Assembly (NCBI GenBank): GCA_964057225.1 | Contig: OZ059898.1 | Coordinates: 13,702,001-13,766,000, forward strand | Origin: Auanema rhodensis | Lineage: Eukaryota > Animalia > Nematoda | DNA: 64,000 nucleotides | Direction: 5' to 3' | Part shown: positions 1-13,241 of the stretch, one piece after another | How the letters are laid out: every line of letters starts with the position of its first letter | Position numbering within the stretch: position 1 is the first letter of the stretch | Position numbers and translations under genes: made by a program | The notes under the pieces: model-generated | Database searches by the model: none | The model's input: only the letters and a program-made list of their open reading frames with translations | What the model was told of the DNA's origin: nothing

Positions 1-461
1 CCATCACTATGCCCTCAAATATTGTATCATCAGTTACTGCTAAGATGCTTACATCCATCTGCCACAGCTCGACCAAGTTTTGCTCTGATTCATCTGAATC
101 TTCAATCATTTATCCATTCAAACAAAATCAATTTATAGTTAAACTTATATGATATATTTAGTGTAATTCATTATTCTAACGTGTTTGTTCTCTTTCATCC
201 AATTCAAATGTCTACAAAAATTTTATTGTTTTTTTAGTTAATTTCAATTTGCTAGCTAGCTTTCTTCCAAGATAAGCTCTCTATTCCAAATACGGTTCAA
301 ATCATCAGTGATCTAATTATCTATCCATGTCCGTTAAATATCTTTTAAGGACGTTTTCTATGTATTTATTTTTTTAATTATATATTGTATGTACATAATT
401 TGTAAACAAACTTTCATTTCAACTTTATAAGTTTCAAATATTAAAAAATAAAAATTTTATT

Positions 462-3213
462 TCAATCATGCTGTGTTGTATATGATCGAACAAGCTTAGA
501 CACTTTTTTATTTGACGAATCCGAACTTCGTCTCTCATGAACGTCATGCTCAAGCTGAAAAATCCTTTTCTTAGCATCCGTACCAAATTGCTGAAATATG
601 TTATAGAGAATACTATATGTATTATTAAATATTAGAAATACATTAATTCTTGCTTCTGTTTCTGTGAGGGAATTTTCAATTTTTTGAATAATCTTTTCTA
701 ATTGAACAAGTTGAAAATCAATATCAGCTTCAAGATCAACTTCATCTTCTTCAACAACATTTTCATCCAAAAGATTATCTTTAGCTAATAATTCTTTTCC
801 TGTAATATTAAAATAATTTTAAAATATTCAACGTTATGAACAAAACCTTTCAACATTAATGATTCCATAGCATCTGGATACTGTCGTAAAGATTCCCACA
901 GGGCATTCTTTGATAGAACATATAAATCTGAATATCCAACAGAGCGTACATTAGCTGTACGTCTATTTCCATTCTTATTTCCTGGAATATTGAGGATTGA
1001 TAGTTCACCAAACACAGTTCCTTCAGCAAGTTGAACAAAGACCTGAATATATTGCGATTGAAACATTTATTTGAATATTTCTACCTTGAGACCATCTTCT
1101 GATACAACTTCTACTGATCCTTTATTAACTATATACATTTCAGTTCCAACTTCACCTTTGTTACAAATATAGTCTTTAGGACTGTATATTCGACGCTCCA
1201 AGCGTAGGATAAGTTCGTAGAGTAAGCTCAAATTACAATCCTGTAGGCAGAAATAAAATATTTAAAATGAATAATTGAAGATACACCTCAAATAACTTGA
1301 CTTTTCGAAGTGTTTCCATGTGAATATGAACAGCTAATTGACCATAAAGTCTTGGAGGTAAGAACTCAGCAATTTCCTGTTTGAGTGGATTGATTCATGA
1401 AAAGAAAAAGAAGAGATGGAAATTACAGATTCATCAACTTGAGCTCCACCATGAGTCCACATATACGAGAAATAATCTATAGCTTTTCGTTGTAAAATTG
1501 GATGAACTTTTCTATAAAATAATTATAGAAACACTTGAAATTATATAAATGAAGTACCTGTATACCATAAACCTTTTACATCCATCTAAATCTTCTTCAA
1601 ATTGTGATCTTTTCAAATTCATATTATAAACCATATTACCTTTATAAGTTTTCATTGAACAGAAATAATTAATAAGAATCATACCAATATCTCCGACAAT
1701 CACAGCAAATATAACCAAACCAAGTAATGTATCTCCGATTTCAAAAGCATTTTGAAATGTTGTATTAGGCCACGGCTTCAAACAGCTTTTTAATTCAAAA
1801 CTTTTATAAAGTCAAATCAAAAAACCTGTTCTCCAAGTGTGACAAGAGTCAAGGCTGACCAATAAAAACTTAAACCATATTGCTTAGTAAAGTTACTGAA
1901 CTCAACAGCTTTCATTCTAAAAATAAAATATTTCTTTTAAATATTGAAAAATCAAAAGAAAATTCATACTTTGTACCCCAATACGATACGGATTTGTTGA
2001 TTTCGAATTCAAGTGAATCTTCATCGATCATACCTAATGGAAGTATTATACTAGCATTACAGTAATCTTCTTCACTAGGATCATGTATATTACATTGAAC
2101 AAATAATGGATTTGGTATTTTATCATATGAAAATATCCAATTATCAATATTAGCATCTGAAATTTATTTTATTTTTTATAAAATTAAAATATTTTTTTTT
2201 CATACTTTCAAAATCATATAATATTCCTAAAAAGAAATAAATGCATCCATTCCAATGAAATATAATGAAACATGTGATGATAAGCTTTATAACTCTCATC
2301 AAGTTTGGAAAATTTGTTCGAATTTCAGTTAAAGCATTGAATTCTGCTAATCGGTAGCACTGTAACTTTAGGTTAATTCAACGTATTACTTAATTTCTAT
2401 ACCTTCAGAAGCCTCCCAAGACGTGAAACTGCTAAATTAGGTTTCAAGATTAAAAATAAATCAAAAGGTATAACAGATATTATATCAAGAATAAAGAATT
2501 TTCTAAATATAATTTAAGTTTTTTTTATATTAAAAACTAAAAATAACTGTTTAATTCTGTGTTTGAACATATCTTCTGGTGTATTTATTCGAACTCCATT
2601 CTCAATAAGCTCTAAATATAAATCACGTTTAAATAATTTTTAAATCTATCAAACCTCTACGTGTTAATATAAATATATCTAATATAAATAATATATCAAA
2701 AAATATATTAAAATATATCCAATATGTATAATAATTAAAATAAACCTGAATATATAAGTTTTGAACTTAAAAGCTTTAAATAGTAGAAAACTAACTTCAT
2801 CAAAAAACATGACGATAATCATAATTAAATTATATAAACATCCAATAAATATGCAAAATGTCCAAACATAGAAGAAAGTACTAGTATCTTCATATGAGAA
2901 ATGTTTAATTTTACTGCAATAAATTCAAATATTTTACAGCATAAGTTCAAGTGTACTCACCTACAACCTGTAGTTTCTTCTTCTTGAACATCATCATTTT
3001 TGAAGATTTGTGCAATGGCTTCATCAGTAGAAGCATTTTCTGGTTGCGTCTTCTTCTTTCGATTAATATATTGTTTAATAACCTAAATAATATAGTTATT
3101 TAATATATACTTATAACATTAAATATAATTATTTAATTTAAACTTACTACAAGAACACGGACAACAAGACGAAAATCAATTTGTCTTGAAACAGTATCAC
3201 TTTCTAAAGTCAT
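462..3213 (-). CDS. che-6: Cyclic nucleotide-gated cation channel subunit (che-6/cng-4-like), multi-exon
   Basis: Spliced translation gives the pore region [49 protein letters not shown], a C-linker, and the cNMP-binding motif [37 protein letters not shown] introns can be traced from ATG 3213 to stop 462. The symbol rests on recalled similarity to C. elegans CHE-6. Confidence 0.85.
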
Positions 3214-3561
3214 TTGTAATTTTTAAGATGAGAAGAAAGCTTATATATGGTTAGAGGGTAAGTAAGAAGCTGTGAATACATACATTTCCGGATGACATTA
3301 ATGCATTACATTAATCATTTATCACACAATATTTCCATTAATCGATTTTCTTCACATGTTCTACCTTTTCAGAATATGATAATATCTTGAAAAATACATA
3401 TTATATTATATGTTTATGTGAAGCAGATAGAATATCTAAATTTTTACAAAAAAAGAAGATTTACCTTATAATAATAATAAGTTTTTGATGAAAGAATCAG
3501 AAAAAGTAGATAAGACATCTGAAAAGGAAATATTAAAAAATTATAAAAATTATAATTTGTA

Positions 3562-3630
3562 TACAACCGCATATTAATTATAAAAAATAAAAATGAATTG
3601 TTCTATGCTAATTAGTTAATATGCTAATTA
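3562..3630 (+). promoter_or_regulatory. Variant copy of dispersed element: TACAACCGC followed by 2x TATGCTAATTA (no ACGT pair)
   Basis: TACAACCGC at 3562-3570; TATGCTAATTA at 3604-3614 and 3620-3630. Confidence 0.45.
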
Positions 3631-6095
3631 CATACTAACTAATTACTAAATCATATAATTTTTATAATAAAATATAATAAATAGTTTATGTAAAAAATTT
3701 GAAAAATATATTTATTTAAAAAACATTTTTTTTATAAAATAGCTGAAATTGAGAAGAATTAAATTTATTTTTTTAGAACATTTGTTCTTCTTACAGGTTT
3801 AGTTGAGGAAAACCTATTTGTAAAGAACTTGATGACTTAATTACTTTCCTCTCAAATTCAATATATGGTAATAACTATATGTATAGTATATGTTATAGTT
3901 ATATTCTATATACGTTATATGTATGTATTCTAAACTAAACAACAATAATATTCTTCTATACGATCAAAAATCGTCATTTTCTTAAACATTTCTTTTATTT
4001 TTCTACTATATTAACTATACAAAAACCGTTTTTTTTTGATGAAATAACGTTTCTCAGGCAATCATTCCTCTTCGTTTCATCAAAAATTATTTCAATGATT
4101 CATATAACTTGATGTCTGGTAGATTATCATTTGCATAAAACCCGGTTCTTTGAATACAAAAAACTTAACATCGACCTTCTGTATATCTGAATATTCATCT
4201 CAAGCGAGAAAACATATGGAGAATATATCTTTTTATAAAAAAATAATAAAAAAGATTTAATATATTATATGTATAGTATAAATGTATTTAGATACTTATA
4301 TTTCCTATTTCATAACATGAATGCTCTAAAAATATCTCAAGTGGATGATCATTACTGCTATATCAAGAATCTTGTCAGGTGGATCATATATTCTTCTGTC
4401 TTGTTGTCATTCTATCATTGTATGAATGAGAGATCTCTCTTAGAACTAGTAGCTTTACAACTTTCTTACCAACAAAATCTTTAATTTCTTCTTAATGCTT
4501 ACGAGTATTTGTCACATCTTTCTGTCATGGGCCCTACTTCTTGACCACTTGGGAACTCCTCAAAATACTTTTGAGAGAGAGAATGAGTGAGAAACCGATA
4601 GAAGAAAGAGAGAGAGAGAGATCAACGATGACCATCCCTCCCACTTCTTATGATCATCTTGGCGTTTCTAATATTTCTTTCGTCATTGCCGCACATTAGC
4701 TTTATACTGATGACTTGTCATGATTCCAATGTTTGTCTTAAAACATTTACCTCCCTATAGTCAAAATAACGATTTGTTTAATATCTTAAACGATATGATG
4801 AATTAACTTCTCATAAACTTCAGTTGGGGCATTCATACCCATCTTCAGAAAACAACGTAACGTTTCTTTTCCGTGTATTTCATTTCATTTATACACCCAA
4901 TCTCATTTAAACTATAACCATATCTTCATTTTTTCAGATGAGTTTTGTTGATTGAATTGTTTCGGGCCCTGCTACTACATCATGACTGGCTGTGCGAATA
5001 TATCCGGACTGTCTTTCACTCTCTTATTTGCCGTTTTTTGACGTCAAGCCCATCATCTGATGCAGTTTCGATGGCCATTTATGGAAATGCATATAGAAAC
5101 TCGTCTTACCCACCTCTTTCTTCGTTTCATTCTCATGGTGTTGTCTATCTGGCCTAAAAATTAGTTTATTCCGAAGTTAGTGTAGTTGGATCCAATATCT
5201 GACTGTTGGCTGACCAGACGTCATTGTCGTTGTCTCTGTCGATTTGTACTTCATACTCAAAGTAGATGATTGAAAAAGCCACTTCATTCGTCCGGTTTTT
5301 TTATTCTTTTAGAATAAGGTTTGAGATACAAACTTCTTATGGGATGCACTTGTTGATGTATAATCAAATTACCTCCAATTTCACAAGAAAAAATATTTTA
5401 CATTTCATAAAATGTTCCGACGATGGTTTGTTGTGTGAAGAACTGAATTCGATAAACGACAAAGTAAAAGAAGGAGGTTTCTATTGTTTCTCATGATGGT
5501 AGACAACTGAAAAACGATTAAAACGGTCTTTGATGACTTAACAGTTCTCATTTGCCTCATGAAAATTTCATATTTTGTCATTTCACTTCGAAGAAAACGA
5601 GAATTATGAGATGATATAAAAAAAATCTTAATTATGATGTAATAGTTAAAGAGAGAATAGCAATCAAAGTATATTCAGCTTTTTGACTTTTGATTACCTA
5701 AAACCACCATGAGTGCTTTATGACGATCTACTATGACATGATGGCACATCATCCATATCAGGTTTTTGTTCCTGTATGTCCTTGTTAAAATGCCAGCTTG
5801 AACGGCTTATTAATTGCATCATTTCTGGTTTGCTCGACGGACAAAACCCATTAGTATACATTGAACAACCTCTATATAAGATCAATGTTTGTTAAGATTC
5901 CTCAATTCTTTCTTCTTTGACGAACACAAACTGAACAATTCCTTATGTATTATTTCGTTTTAAAATATATCTTCCGTTATTTGTTTTGTGAATATTTTTC
6001 CCTCACTTCAAATTTTCTGTTTCAAAATTTTTTATATTCATATTTTAAGTAATAAGCATCTGTTAGCATCATTTTAAAAAAATGCAAAATATTCT

Positions 6096-6167
6096 TGGAG
6101 ATATGGGGAATTGAACCCCAGCCCTCTCCCATGCTAAGGGAGCGCTCTACCACTGAGCTATATCCCC
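6096..6167 (-). tRNA. tRNA-Ala, anticodon AGC
   Basis: The reverse complement GGGGATATAGCTCAGTGGTAGAGCGCTCCCTTAGCATGGGAGAGGGCTGGGGTTCAATTCCCCATATCTCCA folds to a 72-nt cloverleaf with A/B boxes and anticodon loop TT-AGC-AT. T-runs (Pol III terminator) follow on the minus strand. Confidence 0.97.
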
Positions 6168-7611
6168 AGCTACCACAAATGTTGCTTCGTGCCCCGTGTA
6201 GACGAATATCAAAACGAAAGTGAATGTAATCGTTTAAATTTGTTTGAATCTTTTCTAATTTGAACAAAATTCGGTGATCCCCTTGAAGTCTGAAGGACTT
6301 TCATTTCATCTCGAACTTTGATTTCAGAAAAGTTCTAAAAATAATTGATTTTCTTGATATTTATACTTCTTTATAACTTTATTTTATGAAAAAGATTATG
6401 CTAAATATTTGAAGAATGAAGCAAAACGATTTATAAATCAAAAATGTGTATTTCTGATGTTTTTTGAGTTGACTGAAACTCTTATTTTGTTTGTAATCTA
6501 GTAATCTGACAGCTATTTTTGTCTTAAAAGGCAAGAAAATTAAACTTTTTCGTTTTTCTTTCTCTTCGTCTTTCCGTCTCTCTGTTATTTCAAACTTTTT
6601 TCATTCTCTCTATTACTTTCTTTTTCACTCTTCAATATTTCTTACAGGTTTTTTTTGAATTATACGACCTCAACAGAGGTTTTGCCAACAGACAATCTTT
6701 GATAGTTAAATTTCTATTATTCACAATACTTTACAACGTATTTCAAAACGCATTTCCTATATAATATCATTGAACATATAAAAATTATTTAAGAATTGTT
6801 GTCTGAAACGCTTCGTTATAGCCATTATCTGGTTTCGTTTGAGTGATTTATACAACTTTTATGGTTTATACATTGTATTTGGCAACTTGACTCTTTCTTT
6901 ACCAGTTTACCTTCTTTCGATTCTTACTTGTCATTCCTCTTTTTCTTCTTTCTTCTCCTGTAAACACATGAAATCAAATGAATTGACAGCAAGCGGATGA
7001 ACATATACATACAAGCGTTGTGAAAACAGGTTGCATTGGTCAGCTCAATCTCATCATAGCTTCAGGGTCTATACTTTGTTACATCCCTCACATCTGATTA
7101 TACTCAAAATCATATATTACGGTAGATGCGATTTGTGTTGAATATCCTTCGAATAAAAGAAGGCTGGGCCTATTTTATGAAAAAAATAGAAGACGCTAGT
7201 ATCTATTCTATTTCTTGTGTCTTCAGACTCGCTCGGTTTTTTTTCTTCTTCATCTTATATTCATCTTATATTGTCTAATCCTTCCCTCTTTATTCTTCCC
7301 CTCCTCTCATATCTCCCTTCTTCTTTTTTTAAGTTCAGCATTTATCTCGTTCTATCCTTGCTTCTATCCTTGCTTGACTTTCTAACTATCTATGCTTATT
7401 CCACTCACAATTCTACAAGGACATATAGTCACTTGAGAAGGTATGAAAAAGCAGTGGTTCATCCTGTCTAGTTCCCTCCCATAAGCTTCTAAGCTTATAT
7501 GATGCTACAGTTTTATAATCGGCTGTCTTCTCATCTACTTAAAGCTCTCAAGTTATTCCTCTTCCTTATTTCCTATCAAATACCCAGTAGTAATAATAAT
7601 ATTGTCTTCCT

Positions 7612-7677
7612 TACAACCGCTTCTTGCCGTCACAACAACGAAAATAATATAAATTATTTCACGTCATTCACGTGAAA
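7612..7677 (+). promoter_or_regulatory. Dispersed bipartite element copy
   Basis: TACAACCGC at 7612-7620; TTCACGTCATTCACGTGAAA with ACGT cores at 7661 and 7670. Confidence 0.65.
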
Positions 7678-8114
7678 TACTTATGTTGTTGTTGTTGTGT
7701 TTTTTAAGTAAATAAATTTCTCCAACTATCTTTATAAGCTACCAATTCAAAAAATTTAAGCCATTTAAGCAAATTTTTCCCAAGGCATTCAAATTAGTAT
7801 TATGAAAATTTGTTTCAAAAATGATTTAACAACGAAATCACTTATTGAAAACTTCTTCTTTTCTGAATACAATAGGAAAGTTTTGGTTTAATTTTTCTTT
7901 ATATGCTTTCATACTTATGAAGCATACTTGAAACTTTCTAACTTTCCAACTTGATGACGCCATTTCCTGTCTACAATCATTGTCTGTTCTTCAGCGCCGT
8001 CAGCCGGTCCTGTGAAGCTTTTCACACTTCACAGTAATAGCTTTCACTGAACTCGCTTATTATAACATCAGACTATAGTCTTTATTCGTCATAATGTTTC
8101 ATTTTATTTTCAGA

Positions 8115-9420
8115 ATGAGTGAAAAGCAGTCACTTGTTGATATGGAGAAGGAGGCTCATAACCTACGCAAGTAAGCCTTATCTTCCAATAGGACTGTATG
8201 AACAAGATTTTCAGGGTGGCTTTTCTAGGAGTTTCAATGGCTACCATGGCTACTGTATTATGTGTTATATCAGTTCCAATGCTTTATAACTATATGCAGC
8301 ATATGCAATCTATCATGCAAAGGTAAAATTACTTAAACAGTTCATATTACGATTTGTTTTCAGCGAAGTTGATTTCTGTAAGTCTAGATCTGGAAATATT
8401 TGGAAAGAAGTTTCCAGGACTCAAGTATGAAGAACAAAAAAAAATAATCTTAAACGTTTTATTTCCAGGTCTTAGCTAATGTTTATGGAAAATCGTCTAC
8501 TTCATCTCGTCATGCTCGTCAAGCTGGTTATGGGTAAGCATTCTCTTTGTTCATGTTTCTGGCAATAAAAGTCATGATTGCATTTGGATTTTGCCGACAT
8601 TAATGGCTATTTGTGGTAAAATTTTAGTTACAATAATCCTTCTCTGGCTGTTGAAAATTCATTCGGGGGTGGATGTTGTGGTTGTGGAGTTAGTCCACCG
8701 GGACCTCCTGGACTTCCTGGATTAGATGGAAATGATGGAGAAGACGGCAGCCCCGGTGATAATGGACGTGATGGTCCAGATGCACCACCACCAGCTCCTC
8801 CTCAACATGTTGTATGATTTTAGCCGAGTATTCCATACATACACGAGAAAATTTAAGGATTGGTGCTTTGATTGTCCAGATGGACCACAAGGACCACCAG
8901 GAGCTCCAGGACCAAAAGGACCTAATGGAAATCCTGGATCTTCAGGACAACCAGGCTCACAAGGATCTCGTGGACAACCAGGAATGCCAGGACCAATGGG
9001 ACCACCTGGAGAACCTGGTCTACCCGGAAGCTCAGGATCACCAGGAGCTCCTGGAACAGTCAAGGAAGTGCCAGGCCCAGACGGACCTCCAGGTCCAGCA
9101 GGACCAGCAGGACCTCCAGGACTTGATGGTAAGTTGAAGTTATTGAGCAAGCCAACCATTTTATTTTTACTTTATTTTATGTTTTGAATTAAATTTTCTT
9201 TGAATCTTCGCAATTTATTCATTCTAAAATAATTTCAGGACAAGCCGGAATCCCAGGATCTCCAGGAGCCGATGGGTCTCCAGGAGACGTGGGAGAACCA
9301 GGACAACCTGGACTTCCAGGAAATCCAGGATCAGGTGGCCCACCAGGTCCAGATGGTCTTCCAGGACCAAGTGGAGGATGTGATCACTGTCCACCACCAA
9401 GAACAGCTCCAGGCTATTAA
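8115..9420 (+). CDS. Nematode cuticle collagen
   Basis: Col_cuticle_N region ([32 protein letters not shown]...[16 protein letters not shown]), RxxR furin site, GGCCGCG cysteine cluster, Gly-X-Y blocks and C-terminal [13 protein letters not shown]. The ATG is preceded by TTTTCAG, a probable trans-splice acceptor. Confidence 0.95.
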
Positions 9421-9935
9421 TCTTCCCATTCATCTGAAATTATCTGAGCCTGCTTCAATATTTTCTGAATTAATGAGCTTTATATGCCAGCTCAATCTAA
9501 TTATTACATATAAATATACTTGTTTTATATTTTTTGAGTAGAAAACCTTGGTGTTCATTCATCAGGGTGTGGCTAGATAAAACAAAATTTCAGAACTGAT
9601 TCATCTACCTGTATAGTATGTATTGCTTGTCTTTCAATAAATAAACATTCCTATTTATATTTTTTTAACTTTCATCAACTTTTCAGCGAATATCAAAACA
9701 ATTATTTAATAGTTTGTAAAATTAAAAAAAAACTTTGTTATCTTATAAAGATAACTTTTTTTTCCAAAAAACCTACATTGCCGGGGTAGGTTTGGGTTAA
9801 GATCTAGAAAACTGGTTCAATCAATACGTATACATTTTCCTTCAGAAGGTCATTGAAGATGTCTCCAGAATGTCTAACATAGTCTTTCATTTATGATTTT
9901 CAAAGAATAAGTTTTAATATTTTAAGAGAAATATC

Positions 9936-12667
9936 ATGAAGGTAATTCCATTTCTTCTAATATCATATGGGTTATGCCAATTTCCCTTTGAGCCTGGTAA
10001 GTTGTAACTTATAAGCTTTTCCATGTCTTATGCTTCATGAACTTATGTTATTCCTTAGGACCACCACCTTTACATCCTCATGACTTTCCAATGTTTGGTA
10101 TGCATCATCATTGGCATCATCATGATCATCCACCATTTATGCCATGGTCACCATTTGATTTTCCTCCATCTCCTTTACTACCTCCTTTTCCACATTCACT
10201 ACCACCTCCTATCCCAATTTTACTACCAGTTGCACTACCTCCAGCTGTTTCTCCACCTTCTTCTCCACCCTCATCACCATACACATTACCTATGACCAAG
10301 GTTATTCGTTTGCAAAATTATCGACAATTGCATATAATTTGATTTTTTAGGTTATAAGCCATATAAACAAGGATTTCGATTACTTTTCACAGTCTGGACA
10401 GAGTTATGAAAACGTAGTGAGCGTTCTCAAAGATTTCTATAATCGTAAAAGTGGAAACCATTTTGTAAATCTATGTCAAAATTCAAGAAGAAATTGTTTT
10501 ATCTATAGGATTTTAATTCTTTCAAAGTACCGCAAGTTGGAACAAGGTCAGAGTTTTCTGCTAATCAACGTACGGCAGGAATTTTGTATGAGAATGATGT
10601 TGTTCTAACCCTAGGACAAGCTAGGGCTATTACCCAAAGTAATAGACGATCAAAGAGAAAGGTTTCTTTTGTTTCTTATATTTGAAAATATACTTTCCAA
10701 TAGGTCATTGCTGATTTAACTAAAAGGTGGACAACTACTATATCATATAAATTTGGGGAACACGATGGTATCAACTCATAACTTTTTTTCTCAAAGAAAA
10801 AACTGTTCAGATAGCTGGAAAACAGATATTCGGTCAGCGTTATCTATGTTTTCTTCTTCAACTTGTTTAAATTTCATTGAAAATGGGAATTCAAGAGATT
10901 ACATTTTATTCAGCAGAGGAGAAGGGTTAGATAGAACTTACTGTATTCGGTGAAAAAATTTCTACACAGATGCTATTCAGCTGTTGGTAAACTGGGTGGA
11001 GCTCAAGAAATATCGTTAGGTGAAGGATGTGATGGAGTCCGTTTACGATTTTTAGAGGGAAAAAATATTTTTAATAATTATAGGAAGGTGTTATTTCACA
11101 TGAAATAGCTCATGCTTTAGGCTTATGGCATGAGCAATCGAGACCAGATAGGAATAGTTATGTTCGGTAAAATAAAAATATTCTTATTATTAAATTATAA
11201 ATTTTAATAATTCAAGAATTAATGTGGAAAATGTTATTAATGGTGCTCAGGCTCAATTTGAATTATTAAACAGGAGTACGGTAGCGGATTACGGTATACC
11301 GTATGACTATGGATCAGTGATGCACTACCCCTCATATGTATGTTTCACTTTAAGTATACATTCAAATTTCAACTTAAGGCATTTTCAAGAGGGATTCAGT
11401 CAAAATCAATAGAAACATTAGATAAATCTTACATGTATACTATAGGCAGTAGAACAGCATTATCATTTTTAGATATTAAAGCTTTAAATAAAGCTTATTG
11501 CTCAAGTATTTTTGAGAAATTAAATTCAACTTATTTTAAAATTTTTTCAAGAATCATGTCCATATGCATTACCATGCCAGAATAATGGTTATCCTCATCC
11601 AAATGCTTGTAACCGATGCTTATGCCCTACAGGATTTGGAGGAAAATATTGTGAAAACTTAGAATATTCAGGTATAATGAACTTATAACCTGAAGAACTG
11701 GACTATTTAGCTCAAGGACAAGATATCATGGCTAGCTCAAATTGGAAAACAATCCAATTTTCCGGATCAACTGACGCTTTTTGGAGAATACGAGCTGTAA
11801 GTTAATAATTGAGTTCAATCATGTTTTTATGTTTCAAGCCATCTGGTGTCAAAATTGTTTTTGAAATTACAAGTGTATGGTTCAAATGTTCTCCAACCTG
11901 TGAAGAGTTTGTTGAAGTCAATCAATTATTTCAAAAATTTTAATGCATCTTAAGAATTTTCAGATAAAATATGGTAATAGAATGGATCAAGTAGGATCCA
12001 GACTATGTTGCAGAAAAGAATTTGGTCAACGAAAATCAAGTTCAAATCAAATTATAGTAATTGCTTCTGCAACAATTCAATCTAATTTTAGTTTAAGTTA
12101 TAAATTAGGTAAGCTCTTTGATGATATTTCCAAAAAATTTGATTCTCAATTTGGAGAACAGGGTTTTGTTCGTCAAACAACAACTCATCTTCCAACAACT
12201 AGGCATCATCATCCCATAGTCCCTGTGACACAGCCAAGTCTTATCAGTTCCTTGTGAAAAATGAAAATTGTATCCTTTTCAGGTTATTCATGGTCTGGTT
12301 GGACATCATGGACAGGCTGTACAGAGCTATGTGGAGCATGTGGAAAGCAAGAACGAACTCGACAATGCATAGGATCAACATGCGGGTATTTACTACTTGA
12401 ATTGCATGGCTGATTACAAGCATAACATATTTCAGATTAAATAATCGACAAATTCAAAAGAGAACATGTAATCTGAATGCTTGTCAAGCAGGTGCAACAA
12501 GAGGACGAGGAAAGCGTAGTATACTAATGAATAATAGTAATCCATTCATATATACATTCATATATTTAATGAAAAATATATTATTTTCAGTTCGAATTAA
12601 ACGTCAAAGTGCTTGGTGTTGTTCAGGTTATCATATTACATCAAATAATTGGTGTAGCCAGATGTGA
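9936..12667 (+). CDS. nas-33: Astacin metalloprotease (signal peptide, Pro/His-rich pro-region, astacin, EGF, CUB, TSP1); nas-33 orthologue
   Basis: Zinc motif HEIAHALGLWHEQSRPDR, Met-turn YDYGSVMHY, RSKRK pro-site, EGF cysteines, TSP1 WSGWTSWTGC. The pro-region SYENVVSVLKDFYNRKSG and the C-terminal RGKRSIL..RIKRQSAWCC match recalled NAS-33. Confidence 0.88.
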
Positions 12668-13241
12668 TGATGTTACTTCAATTAGAAATTGAAATTTTAA
12701 TGTAAATAAAATATTTTGCAAAAAAAAAGTTAACATTTCAAAAAAAAACTTATTAAAGCTATTAAAGAACTAAACATGATATACATAAATGAAAGTCTAT
12801 TTAAATGTAATTATATGACAAAATGAAATTAATTAAAGAAAAAAAACAAAAATTATGATATATACCCGAGAAAAATATCGAGCAAAACAGGTAAAACTCC
12901 TATAACAAAACCATCATTTTCTGTTTAAGAAGAATTTTTCAAAAATTCTTGAAAGAAAAAAAAACGAATACGAAATGGAAAATGATTAGAGGAAAAGAGC
13001 TAAACCTGTTCGACATCGGTACGGAGCACACATAAGAAGAGAAAAAAATGTTTTTTTTTCATCCAAACAAATGCTGAAATTTCCTAAAATGTTTAAAAGG
13101 CAGAAGAATTAATATCTAAAATACAATATAGAAAGGCAATCATAGATAGAATATAGAGCACATAATAAGATTTCTTCGTATTTATATAAACTATATTGTT
13201 TGAATTTGAAGCTTTTAAGGAGAGTGAGAGGGGTCACAAGA

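Noticed and set aside
6022-6267. ORF spanning the tRNA
   Set aside because: Incidental; the region is a canonical tRNA-Ala(AGC) with no sign of anticodon reassignment.
8690-9433. Antisense and alternative-frame ORFs over the collagen
   Set aside because: Shadow ORFs produced by Gly-X-Y codon periodicity.
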